Part shown: one piece after another, positions 19,297 through 28,505 of the stretch
How the letters are laid out: each line of letters begins with the position of its first letter
Numbering within the stretch: position 1 is the stretch's first letter
Assembly: GCA_963663865.1 (NCBI GenBank)
Contig: OY760686.1
Location: 1,984,001 to 2,048,000, forward strand
DNA: 64,000 nt
From: Spirochaetota bacterium
GTDB lineage: Bacteria; Spirochaetota; UBA4802; UBA5550
Direction of reading: 5' to 3'
Made by a program: the position numbers and the translations under genes
Notes under the pieces: model-generated
Database searches by the model: none
Told to the model about the DNA's origin: nothing
The model's input: only the letters and a program-made list of their open reading frames with translations

Positions 19297-20268
19297 CTAA
19301 ACTCTGTAAACCCTGTTCTTGCCGCTGTTCTTTGCGTGGTACAGTGCGGTGTCGGCCTGCTTCATTAACGCGGCCGGATTGTCAGCGCTGTCAGGAAACA
19401 TGGCTATGCCCTGACTCAACGTTATGCTAAGGCCGCTCATCCCTGTAATCGGGGCAAGATCTATATCCTCTATCGTTCTGGTGCCCGTTTCCGCTACTCT
19501 CTCAGCATCACTGCCGCCTGTATCGGGCATTATAACACAGAACTCATCGCCACCGTATCTTATAAAGATATCTTTTTCACGGAGAACAGCGCTGTATTTT
19601 TCGACGAAAAGCCTGATAATGCCGTCCACAACCTCAGGCGGGCATGCCTCGGATATCTCCCTGAAGTTATCTATGTCCATCATGATAAGAGCAAGCTTTT
19701 TTCCTGAAGCGGACGCGGTCCTTATGCTGTCAGGCAGGGCTTCATCAAAATGTCTTCTGTTGTAGATGCCGGTCAAGTCATCGCGATACGCGCGCCTGCC
19801 CGCTCTTTCACCCCAGTTGATCATCTCGGCAAGGAATGAACTCTTCTCTTCGAGTCGCTCTGTAATGGTGTTCAGCATATTCAACATGAGAATACCGGCC
19901 GCCTTCGGGTGCTGATCGATGAATGACTTAAAGGATTCCCTGCTCACGGCAAGAAGGACGCTGTCTGCTTCGGAGACACAGCCGGCAGACCTTGGCTTGT
20001 TCTCAAACACTGCCATCTCGCCGAAAAAATCACCTTTCACGTAGGACCCCAGCGGCCTCTCGCCGGTTCCCGCGGCAGAAGAGCTTGATATTACACGTCC
20101 CTCAATAACCACATAGAGCTCATCGCCGGCCTCCCCTTCGCTGAAGATAAGCGTACCCTCAGAAACGGTCATGGGCCTGGCCAACGAGACGAAGACGTCA
20201 AGATCGTCAGCCGTGAAATGCCTGAAGAGACTGAGCTGCGTCAGCGTATTTCTGATCTGCTCATTCAT
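19297..20268 (-). CDS. cNMP-binding + GGDEF protein (GGDEF and DID intact, N..GH segment degenerate)
   Basis: FGEMAVFENKPRSA cNMP cassette; DDLTG, DIDNFREISE, REKD I-site and RYGGDEF. Start placed at ATG 20268. Confidence 0.9.
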   Translation of the reverse strand: MNEQIRNTLTQLSLFRHFTADDLDVFVSLARPMTVSEGTLIFSEGEAGDELYVVIEGRVISSSSAAGTGERPLGSYVKGDFFGEMAVFENKPRSAGCVSEADSVLLAVSRESFKSFIDQHPKAAGILMLNMLNTITERLEEKSSFLAEMINWGERAGRRAYRDDLTGIYNRRHFDEALPDSIRTASASGKKLALIMMDIDNFREISEACPPEVVDGIIRLFVEKYSAVLREKDIFIRYGGDEFCVIMPDTGGSDAERVAETGTRTIEDIDLAPITGMSGLSITLSQGIAMFPDSADNPAALMKQADTALYHAKNSGKNRVYRV

Positions 20269-21271
20269 ATTGAATAAATTCCGTGATATAATCGGTGTGG
20301 ATCCTTGCTCCTCCAGCCTTTCTTGCGGCATGCATAAGCTCATGGGCTTTTTTTATGAAACCGTTTTCGTCAACACTCTTTCCTGAAAAAGCGGATATAC
20401 CCATGCTCACCCTCATATTAAAACGCTCTCCGCCAAGAATGTCAGATATGTCCATGTTGTACAACATGCGGGCGATATCCTCCGCGTTTCCCAGGGCCTC
20501 TTCAAGCGCCACGGCGGGCATTATAACCGTGAACTCATCTCCTCTGTAACGGGCGGCGGTAAAACCGGGCGAAATCTTTTCACCAAGCAAACGCGCTATT
20601 CTGATGAGCGCGGCATCGCCCGCGTCGTGTCCGAAACTGTCGTTTACGTATTTAAAATCGTCGGGCTTTATCATCAGTACGGACACAGGAAGCGGCAGGG
20701 TGTGAGGCGCAGCGGCTACCTCGCTCTCAAGGTAAGTCCTGTTTAGAAGGCCGGTCAGCCTGTCGGTATAGAGCTTGCCTCTGAGCTCGTTAAGCCAGGG
20801 CGTCCTTTCAGCGATAAGGCCGTTGACGTCTCTTATGCGGCCGTCGAGTATCGATATGAAGTGGTAGAGTATCTCGGCGCATATTCCAGGATGCCGGTCA
20901 GAAATCTCCTCCAGAGTGACATCATCCCCCGGAAAATAGAGAAGAGACGTGTCTCTGACGGCCATGGCGCTCACCGAATGCCTGGAATCTCTAAAAAGAG
21001 AAAGCTCGCCAAAGCTCTCGCCTTTAATAAAGCCGGCAACATCGGCATGATCTTCGCCCTCGCCGCGCGAGAGGACAACCTCGCCGTCTTCTATAATATA
21101 CATAGAGGAGCTTCTTCCGCCTTCGCGGAAAAGGAGCTCGCCGGCCGGCAGGCGCCTCCTGGCCGTGTACTTTGCAACTATAGCAAGCTCTTCCGGGCCG
21201 AGGTTGGCAAAAAGCGGCAACGAGCCAAGAATGGACGCGATGTCCTCACTGCTGTTGTTCTGTGTTTTCAT
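20261..21271 (-). CDS. cNMP-binding + degenerate GGDEF (RGDEF) protein
   Basis: FGELSLF cNMP fold; DRLTG, KPDDFKYVNDSFGHDAGD and RYRGDEF. Confidence 0.88.
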   Translation of the reverse strand: MKTQNNSSEDIASILGSLPLFANLGPEELAIVAKYTARRRLPAGELLFREGGRSSSMYIIEDGEVVLSRGEGEDHADVAGFIKGESFGELSLFRDSRHSVSAMAVRDTSLLYFPGDDVTLEEISDRHPGICAEILYHFISILDGRIRDVNGLIAERTPWLNELRGKLYTDRLTGLLNRTYLESEVAAAPHTLPLPVSVLMIKPDDFKYVNDSFGHDAGDAALIRIARLLGEKISPGFTAARYRGDEFTVIMPAVALEEALGNAEDIARMLYNMDISDILGGERFNMRVSMGISAFSGKSVDENGFIKKAHELMHAARKAGGARIHTDYITEFIQYE

Positions 21272-22586
21272 TCACCATCGATACCGGCTGCCCCGTCGCC
21301 TCAAGAACGCTGTGCCAGAAGGGCGATATCGGATTTAAAAGCTTTCTCTGCGATATTGCCATCTCAATCGGGATGTGTATGTACATGTTGTTGAACTGAC
21401 CGATTACGCAGTCGGTTTTACCGGCCATTCCGGCATGCAGGGCGTACTGCCCAAGCAGCGCGCAGTAAACAGCGTCGTTCGGGACGGCTCTGGAGCTGCG
21501 TATGATGTAGCTCGGATCGATATACTTCAGATTTACAGGGTTCCCCCTGGCGCTGAAGTAGCTCCTTATTTTGTCTCTCAGATATATTCCGATATCGCCC
21601 AGAATAACGTTGCCTGATGCGTCCTTTACTGGGACTCCATTCTCGTCGACAAGATGTTCCTGCCCGGCGCCCTCGGCTACGCAGATTACAGCGTGGCCTC
21701 TGTGCATCATTCTTCTCTCGAGATGGGCTAAAAAGCCGTTTTCTCCTTCCATGTCAAACTTCACTTCTGGAACGAGTACAAAGTTGACATCGTTAAGAGC
21801 GAGAGCAGCGTTAGCCGCAATGAATCCTGAGTGACGGCCCATGAGCTTGACAAGACCTATACCGTTAGGAGCCCCCTTTGCCTCGACATGCGCGGCGTAT
21901 ATGGAATCGGCCGCCTTTGAAAAGGCCGTTTCGAATCCGAAGGACCTCTGTATATAGCTGATATCGTTGTCTATTGTTTTCGGTATTCCGATGACGGACA
22001 GGTTCAGTCCCTTTTTCTGTGCGAGCTCTGATATTTTGTGAGCGCCTCTCAGAGTGCCGTCTCCTCCGATTGTAAAGAGGACATTGATCTTCAGATTCTC
22101 AAGGGTGTTGACCAGAATATCCATGTTTTCCGTACCGCCCCGTGAAGAGCCGAGAATGGTTCCCCCGTTGAGGTGAATCTCGTCAACGAGATGCGGTGTA
22201 AGCTCAATAGGATGATATCCCATTGAAGGATTGAGTCCGTTATAGCCGAAGCGTATTCCCAGGATTGAATGCACTCCGTATCGGTAATAGGCTGACATGA
22301 CTATTGAACGGATAACATCGTTCAATCCGGGGCAAAGGCCGCCGCAGGTAACAATGGCGCATCTGGTCTCCGACGGCTTGAAGTGGAGATGTTGCCTCGG
22401 CCCGGCAAGCTCGAAGGTAAGATCATTTTTAGAACTTTTTTTAACAGGGGCAGCGTCCATGTGCTTAAATATGTCGTAACGCATTCTGGTGCTCTCAGGC
22501 ACATAGAACGAGTCCTGCATCGGCATTTTCATTACGTCCGTTGCCCTGAATGCGCATTTGCCGATAGTCTTTATGTTAAAATCCAT
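21246..22586 (-). CDS. pfkA: ATP-dependent 6-phosphofructokinase (long, group X-like)
   Basis: TCGGLCPGLN, GGTILGSSRG, GGDGT, PKTIDND and MGR motifs. The GGDG Gly suggests ATP rather than PPi. Confidence 0.92.
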   Translation of the reverse strand: MDFNIKTIGKCAFRATDVMKMPMQDSFYVPESTRMRYDIFKHMDAAPVKKSSKNDLTFELAGPRQHLHFKPSETRCAIVTCGGLCPGLNDVIRSIVMSAYYRYGVHSILGIRFGYNGLNPSMGYHPIELTPHLVDEIHLNGGTILGSSRGGTENMDILVNTLENLKINVLFTIGGDGTLRGAHKISELAQKKGLNLSVIGIPKTIDNDISYIQRSFGFETAFSKAADSIYAAHVEAKGAPNGIGLVKLMGRHSGFIAANAALALNDVNFVLVPEVKFDMEGENGFLAHLERRMMHRGHAVICVAEGAGQEHLVDENGVPVKDASGNVILGDIGIYLRDKIRSYFSARGNPVNLKYIDPSYIIRSSRAVPNDAVYCALLGQYALHAGMAGKTDCVIGQFNNMYIHIPIEMAISQRKLLNPISPFWHSVLEATGQPVSMVNENTEQQQ

Positions 22587-22681
22587 TTTTCACCTCATTT
22601 TGTCCGCTTTCCGATTCTACTTCTCTTGCTTATTATTAATGCAAATAAGATTTCTTATAATCACAATAAACCCGGCTTTAG

Positions 22682-24079
22682 TCAAGTTAAATGTTCCACA
22701 ACTCTCATTGATTTCCAGGCGCCATGACGGAACCTTAGCAAAAAGATAACACCCACTATGGCTATGTAAAGGGAGGCAGACAGCCAGGCGGCCATAAGTC
22801 CCAGACCAAACACGGAAATAATCAGATATGAAGGGAGCACAAGAACACCGAGCGAGGTCAGCGTCATAACATACATAACAAAACGTGTGTCCCCGGCGCC
22901 CTTGACGGCTGAACCGAATATTACATTCATTGTGTCAAAGATGCAGTAAAAGGCAACAAATCGCATCAGTATGAGCGTTAAGTCAAAAATTTCATCAAAA
23001 ACAGCACCTTCTGTATTAAGGGAAAAAGGCATTATGAAGAGCTCCGGCACAAAAACAAACAACAGAGCCACTACAGACATATAGAAGAAAGCTATATGAA
23101 AACCCGAATAGGCGGCATATTCAGCTATATCGGCCCTGTTACGGCCGATATTACGCCCCACGAGTATGGATATCGCCATCCCGAGGCCGATCATCGGCAT
23201 GAATGAGAGATTGCTGATGTTGTAGGCGATATTCGTCGCCGCAAGATTGACTGTGCCCAGCTTCCCGATAAGGATGAGAAAAAGCGAAAACCCTGAGACC
23301 TCGAGAAAAAACTGGATACCGCTTGGCAAACCGTACTTGATAAGCCTCGAAAAAAGCTCGTAGTTAAACCTCCAGCCTCCGGCTGTATTGTACTTCCTGC
23401 GGTATTCTCTGCTTAGAAATATAGCGTAATAGATAATGATATTCAGCAGAGAGGAGATTACAGTCGATATTCCCGCGCCTGCAATACCCATGGGCTCAAA
23501 CCCCAGATGGCCGAATATCAGAACATAGTTCATGAGGATGTTGGCGCCGGTGATGAGTATGTTTACCCACATCACAATCCATACCTTCCCTATGCTCGAA
23601 TAGAAACTCGACAGCGCGCTTGAGGCTACAACCGGAAATGTCCCAACGGCAAGTATCTGAAAGTACAGAACCTCCTGCTCCCTGATAGCCTGTTCATGCC
23701 CTATAAAGTCAAAGATGTAAGGCGCGAGAGGTATTGAGAGCATTACGAGTACGGCTGAAAACGCGGCGATGTAGATTCCCTGCCAGAGCGATGGACCTGT
23801 CATGGAGTAGCGTTCAGCGCCGAAGTACTGCGACACGAAGGTCCCCACATATGTCGCCGTGCCCATAAAAAGGCAAATCAGTGTGAAGTTGAGTATTCCC
23901 GAAGGCACCGAGGCAGCAATAGCCTCGGGTGAATACCATGTCAGAAACATCCGGTCAATAAACTGCTGAACTGACCAGCTGCCTGTGGAAATAATAAGAG
24001 GAAAAGCAAGCAGCAGAATCTCCCTGTAACCGCACTCAGCCGACCATCTTCTGGAAATATATCTATTCAGTTTCTTCAT
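22682..24079 (-). CDS. MATE family efflux transporter
   Basis: LAFP..., FIDRMF, VSQYFGA, VGRNIG and GAGDT; 12 TM helices. Confidence 0.9.
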   Translation of the reverse strand: MKKLNRYISRRWSAECGYREILLLAFPLIISTGSWSVQQFIDRMFLTWYSPEAIAASVPSGILNFTLICLFMGTATYVGTFVSQYFGAERYSMTGPSLWQGIYIAAFSAVLVMLSIPLAPYIFDFIGHEQAIREQEVLYFQILAVGTFPVVASSALSSFYSSIGKVWIVMWVNILITGANILMNYVLIFGHLGFEPMGIAGAGISTVISSLLNIIIYYAIFLSREYRRKYNTAGGWRFNYELFSRLIKYGLPSGIQFFLEVSGFSLFLILIGKLGTVNLAATNIAYNISNLSFMPMIGLGMAISILVGRNIGRNRADIAEYAAYSGFHIAFFYMSVVALLFVFVPELFIMPFSLNTEGAVFDEIFDLTLILMRFVAFYCIFDTMNVIFGSAVKGAGDTRFVMYVMTLTSLGVLVLPSYLIISVFGLGLMAAWLSASLYIAIVGVIFLLRFRHGAWKSMRVVEHLT

Positions 24080-24214
24080 TAATTCCGCATTTAATATTGA
24101 ATTTTCACGTTAAAAACATCATAATCCATGTTCATCCTGAAACAGTGACATAAATAGTCAAGCAATAATGAATTGACAGTGAACCGCGTTTGAAACAAAT
24201 GACTTTTATGCACG

Positions 24215-24230
24215 GACTTATCGTTAAGTC
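24215..24230. promoter_or_regulatory. Palindrome GACTTA-N4-TAAGTC, candidate operator
   Basis: Perfect inverted repeat in the divergent MATE/EIIA intergenic region, downstream of a TTGACA hexamer. Confidence 0.35.
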
Positions 24231-24295
24231 TATGCCAGTGTTCTTTATACAGCAATTGACGGCCTCAACCGCCGCCGAATCGGAAGGTAATTTCA

Positions 24296-24970
24296 ATGGA
24301 CTTGAAGATTCAGGAAGTAGCGGGTCTACTCAGCGCGCCTGAAAAAACTATTAAGCGCTGGATAAAAAAAGAAGGGATGCCTGCGTACAGAATCAAGAAG
24401 CAGCTGTATTTCAACAGATCTGAGGCTGCGGAATGGCTTCTTGAGAACAACAAGGCTGTCCAGGCTGACATTGAGAAGCTCTTTGCCGCTGAAAAGCCGG
24501 TTTCAATACATGACCTTGTGATAAGAGGTGGGATATTCCGCAACATAGGCGGCAACAGCCCTTCAACGGTTATAGACCACCTTGTCCGGGAAATCAACAT
24601 CCCCGGAGAAACCTCAAGAGAAGAGATACGAAAAACGCTCCTTCAACGCGAAGAGATGATGTCCACTGCTGTAGGAAACGGCATCGCAATTCCTCACCCC
24701 CGCAATCCGGTAATATCAAACATAGGCGATGAGGCAGTATCAATCGCTTTCCTGGCAGAACCTGCCGACTTTCACGCCCTCGACGGGAAGCCTGTCCACA
24801 CACTGTTTGCGGTTATATCATCCAACGCAAGACGGCACCTGGAAATCTTAGCCAGGCTGTCATATCTGTGCCGCAGGCCTGATTTTATAGCATCTCTTGA
24901 GGAAAGACATGGCGACTCGGCCCTCCTAAAAAGCATCGAACTAATTGAAAAGGAAATGGTTTCAGCGTAA
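24296..24970 (+). CDS. Excisionase-type HTH fused to PTS EIIA (Fru/Ntr type)
   Basis: EVA.LL...EKTI.RW...MPAY HTH; RE..MSTAVGNGIAIPHPR phospho-His motif; HLEILA.LS. Confidence 0.9.
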   Translation: MDLKIQEVAGLLSAPEKTIKRWIKKEGMPAYRIKKQLYFNRSEAAEWLLENNKAVQADIEKLFAAEKPVSIHDLVIRGGIFRNIGGNSPSTVIDHLVREINIPGETSREEIRKTLLQREEMMSTAVGNGIAIPHPRNPVISNIGDEAVSIAFLAEPADFHALDGKPVHTLFAVISSNARRHLEILARLSYLCRRPDFIASLEERHGDSALLKSIELIEKEMVSA

Positions 24971-26946
24971 TGTTATGGATTATTACCGGGGCCGGAGTTC
25001 TCCTCGCCGGCGGACTCGTTTCGTCGATTCTGAAAGAGAGGTTCAGGGCCTTATTTTCAGCTTTATCATCGGTTGCCGCCGGCGGCTTTCTCTTTTACTC
25101 GTCCATTTCTATTCTCGTCAATGGAGGCAGCGATTCAGCGTCTCTCAATTTGGGGCCAGGTTCGCCAGAAATAATTCTCAGGGCGGATTCAATTTCCGCG
25201 TTTTTCATATTCATCATAGCTTCAATAACAATACTGGCTGCGTTCTACTCGACCGGCTACATGAAGCAGTATCTCGGCAAGGGGCGTTCGACCTCCTCAC
25301 AGAGCTTTAACCTCTGTCTGCTTTCAGCCTCAATGATTATGGTTGTAATATCCTATTCGGTTGTACCCTTTTTAATTGCCTGGGAGCTGATGTCGCTGAG
25401 TTCTTTCTTTCTCGTCTACTTCAACTGTCATGAGAAGCGGGCTGTAAGCGTTTCACTCTACTATCTAATAGCGATGCATTTCGCCTTTGTGTTCCTCCTG
25501 TTTGCTTTCGTTTACATATCAGACAAAACACGCAGCACTGACTTCGGGTCGTTTGCCTCTGTTCTTTCCGGAGACCCTGTTTCACAGTCAGTCTTCTTCG
25601 TTCTAATAATCGCTGGTTTCGGTACGAAGGCCGGCCTTTTTCCGTTTCACTCATGGCTCCCCGGCGCCCATCCGGAAGCTCCTTCACATGTTTCCGCTCT
25701 GATGTCAGGCGTCATGATTAAAACCGGTCTTTACGGAATTATAAGGTTCACACTTATCACAGGCAAAACTCTGCCGGAAATATCCCTTGTCGTAATCATT
25801 GCCGGTGCGGTAAGCGCTGTCTACGGAATCGTTCAGGCTGTTACTCGCACCGAGATAAAATCTTCACTCGCCTATTCTACTATTGAAAACGCGGGAATCG
25901 CCGCTGTCGGACTCGGAACCGGAATGGCAGGCCTCTCTTTCGGGAACCCTGTTCTGGTCGCCCTTGGATTTTCCGGATGCCTCTTTCATATTCTGAATCA
26001 CTCTTTTTTCAAGACCATCCTCTTCTTCGGCGCGGGCTCGGTTATCACATTTTCCGGGCTATCAGACTCAAACAGGCTCGGCGGGCTACAGAAGGCAATG
26101 CCGGCGACAGCATTTCTTTTCTTTTTAGGCTCAATGTCAATCTCCGCGCTGCCTCCCTTCAGCGGCTTTACGGGTGAGTTTATAATATACCGCGCCCTTA
26201 TTGAGGCTCTGACCTCCGGAAGCGGAGTTGAGGCCGCGACAGTCATGTCTGTAATCGCGCTGCTCGCATTCGTCGGAGCCGCATCGCTGCTCTGCTTCAC
26301 AAGGCTCTTCTCGGGCATCTTCCTCGGCAGATGCAGGTCTGCCATTAAGGGCACGGTTCAGGGTTCCGTACAGATGACGGCGGCTTCGCTGGCCGCGGCG
26401 GTTTATATCCCCCTCTCAATTATTTTCAGCACGCAGATATTTGCAATAGTCTCCCGTACGGCAGCCGAAATTGCCCCTTCTCTGATCAGTGCACCGATGC
26501 CGGAGGGCCCTGTATCGGTGTTGAATGTCACCAGGGCTGCGGGTGCGGCGCTTCTGATATTCGGAATCATCTACATGGCCAAAAGGCTTTTGCTGGCTGG
26601 CAAAAAAAGTTCACTTCACGGCACATGGGCATGCGGCTATGAAGGGGCAGGCCCGTCAGTACAGTACACACCGAGTTCATTCCAAAAGCCTTTTCTCAAG
26701 ATTTTCAGCAGAATGACCACGAAGAAAACAGAGGCATCGGGCCCGTCAGGGCTTTTCCCCGCCGGGTCATCCTATAACGAAGTTTACTCAGACCCGGTTG
26801 ACAGCCGGCTCATCACCCCCGCAGTAAGGGGCATCTGGAGCTTTCTTTCACGCTTCACATGGATTCAGAACGGAAGCATGAGACAGTACATACTCTACGG
26901 GCTGATTTATCTAGCCTCAGTGATTATCTGGATGATGGCGGTATAA
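24970..26946 (+). CDS. hyfB: Ehr/Hyf antiporter-like membrane subunit B
   Basis: FLIAWELMSLSS, GFGTKAG.FP.H.WLP.AHPEAPS.VSALMSG, LAYSTIEN, NHS.FK..LF and TWACGY. Confidence 0.88.
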   Translation: MLWIITGAGVLLAGGLVSSILKERFRALFSALSSVAAGGFLFYSSISILVNGGSDSASLNLGPGSPEIILRADSISAFFIFIIASITILAAFYSTGYMKQYLGKGRSTSSQSFNLCLLSASMIMVVISYSVVPFLIAWELMSLSSFFLVYFNCHEKRAVSVSLYYLIAMHFAFVFLLFAFVYISDKTRSTDFGSFASVLSGDPVSQSVFFVLIIAGFGTKAGLFPFHSWLPGAHPEAPSHVSALMSGVMIKTGLYGIIRFTLITGKTLPEISLVVIIAGAVSAVYGIVQAVTRTEIKSSLAYSTIENAGIAAVGLGTGMAGLSFGNPVLVALGFSGCLFHILNHSFFKTILFFGAGSVITFSGLSDSNRLGGLQKAMPATAFLFFLGSMSISALPPFSGFTGEFIIYRALIEALTSGSGVEAATVMSVIALLAFVGAASLLCFTRLFSGIFLGRCRSAIKGTVQGSVQMTAASLAAAVYIPLSIIFSTQIFAIVSRTAAEIAPSLISAPMPEGPVSVLNVTRAAGAALLIFGIIYMAKRLLLAGKKSSLHGTWACGYEGAGPSVQYTPSSFQKPFLKIFSRMTTKKTEASGPSGLFPAGSSYNEVYSDPVDSRLITPAVRGIWSFLSRFTWIQNGSMRQYILYGLIYLASVIIWMMAV

Positions 26947-26948
26947 TC

Positions 26949-27869
26949 ATGAAATACACTATCTACAATCTCATAATCCTTTTTATAATGCCCTTTCTCT
27001 TCGCGGGTATCATAAATCGGACAAAATCATTCTGGTCCGGCAGAGAGGGCCGATCTGCTTTCCAGTGTCTGTTCGACTTCATTAAACTTCTGCGAAAGGG
27101 ACAGGTGATAAGCAGCAGTTCCGGCCTGTTGTACAGAACAGCCCCCTCCTTCGCCCTCGGCTTTACAATAGCAGCCGGGCTTGCGGCTCCGGGTTTAGCA
27201 GGGGAAAGCATCTACCCTTTCGAAGGCGACTTTATACTCTTCGGCTATCTGCTTTCAGCGGGCAAATTTGTGTCAATTCTGGGAGCCATGGACAGCGGTT
27301 CGCCGTTTCAGGGCATGGGAAGCAGCAGGGAAGCCTCTTTCTCGGCCTTCACCGAACCGGCGCTTTTTCTGATTCTGTCAACCCTCGCGCTCATATCGGG
27401 GCTGAGTGACTTCAGTAGCATTCTCTCGTTTACCGTCGACTCGCGGCCGATAATGGCGATTGCTGCAGCCGTCTCTTCAGCGGTGTTCTTCATTTTGCTT
27501 CTTGCTGAAGGGTCAAGGGTGCCTGTAGACGACCCGGATACACACCTGGAACTCACCATGATTCACGAGGCGATGATTCTCGACTATTCTGGCCCTGACC
27601 TGGCCTTTGCCCACTATACCGCCTGGATGAAGATGACGATATTCGCTTCAATAATATCGTGCCTCGTTATTCCGCAGCAGCTGTCTTTCATCCAGGGAGC
27701 TGCACTCCACACTGCGGCAATATGTCTTATTGCCGCGGCTGCCGGCACAGTCGAATCGGCCGTTGCCAGAATCAGGATGTCGCATGTACCGCAGTTTCTT
27801 CTAATAGGTTCAGCCCTCTCGGTGATACTCGCCGCGGCCGTGCTGGTTTCAACTGGAGGCAGACTATGA
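26949..27869 (+). CDS. hyfC: Ehr/Hyf NuoH-like membrane subunit
   Basis: D..KLLRKG, MDSGSPF.GMGSSRE, E.SRVPVDDP.THLELTMIHEAM and ES..AR. Start placed at ATG 26949. Confidence 0.88.
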   Translation: MKYTIYNLIILFIMPFLFAGIINRTKSFWSGREGRSAFQCLFDFIKLLRKGQVISSSSGLLYRTAPSFALGFTIAAGLAAPGLAGESIYPFEGDFILFGYLLSAGKFVSILGAMDSGSPFQGMGSSREASFSAFTEPALFLILSTLALISGLSDFSSILSFTVDSRPIMAIAAAVSSAVFFILLLAEGSRVPVDDPDTHLELTMIHEAMILDYSGPDLAFAHYTAWMKMTIFASIISCLVIPQQLSFIQGAALHTAAICLIAAAAGTVESAVARIRMSHVPQFLLIGSALSVILAAAVLVSTGGRL

Positions 27870-28501
27870 GCAGCCTGTTTGTAATTCTTTTCGGGATAAC
27901 CATTCTTTATATGTCCGTATCGACACGCCTTGAGAGCTATGTCAAGGCTCTGGTGTTCCAGGGCATTATTCTCTTCGCTATCGTTATCTGGGGATCCGGG
28001 CATCTCGCGGCTGGAAGCCTCATATTCCTTGTAATAGAGACCATCGGAGTCAAGACCATTGCCATCCCGTCCTTTCTGATTTACATCATTAGAAGAAATG
28101 ATATATTCCGCGAGATTGAGCCCACGGTGACAAGCGTATCGTCATTGATCATAGCATCGGTTTTACTCGCAGGCGGCTTTTATATTTCCTCTTATTCGAG
28201 GGGATTCAACGGAGCCGTCATACCTTTGTATTTCGGAATGTCAGCTTCGATAATCGCATTTGCATTATTTGTAATCATATCCAGAAAGAAAATCATTACC
28301 CACGTTATCGGTTACGCACTGCTTGAAAACGGCATTTTCATGCTGTCGCTTTCTATAGCGCATGAAATGCCGTTTATCGTAGGAATGGGAGTGCTTCTTG
28401 ATGTCTTTATCGCTGTTTATCTGCTCGGCTTCTTCGTGAATAAGGTAAAAAACATGTACCCGGATGTTAACGCCGATTCTTTAACAAATCTCAAGGATTA
28501 A
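27866..28501 (+). CDS. hyfE: Ehr/Hyf membrane subunit E
   Basis: QG, K...IP..L, GY..LENGI and LLDV motifs; ATGA overlap with hyfC. Confidence 0.85.
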   Translation: MSSLFVILFGITILYMSVSTRLESYVKALVFQGIILFAIVIWGSGHLAAGSLIFLVIETIGVKTIAIPSFLIYIIRRNDIFREIEPTVTSVSSLIIASVLLAGGFYISSYSRGFNGAVIPLYFGMSASIIAFALFVIISRKKIITHVIGYALLENGIFMLSLSIAHEMPFIVGMGVLLDVFIAVYLLGFFVNKVKNMYPDVNADSLTNLKD

Positions 28502-28505
28502 TCTA

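Noticed and set aside
18126-21271. Interpreting the cNMP/DHH genes as a Pycsar or CBASS defence system
   Set aside because: No CD-NTase or uridylate/cytidylate cyclase and no toxic effector; the context is housekeeping rather than a defence island.
24160-24210. aaccgc...aatgactttta resembles a fluoride riboswitch upstream of hyf-like genes
   Set aside because: The 5' GGNGAUG/P1 stem is absent; the segment is better explained as a promoter. An Rfam scan would settle it.
24296-24460. Excisionase-like HTH as a sign of a mobile element
   Set aside because: It is fused in-frame to EIIA, and no integrase or att sites were seen.
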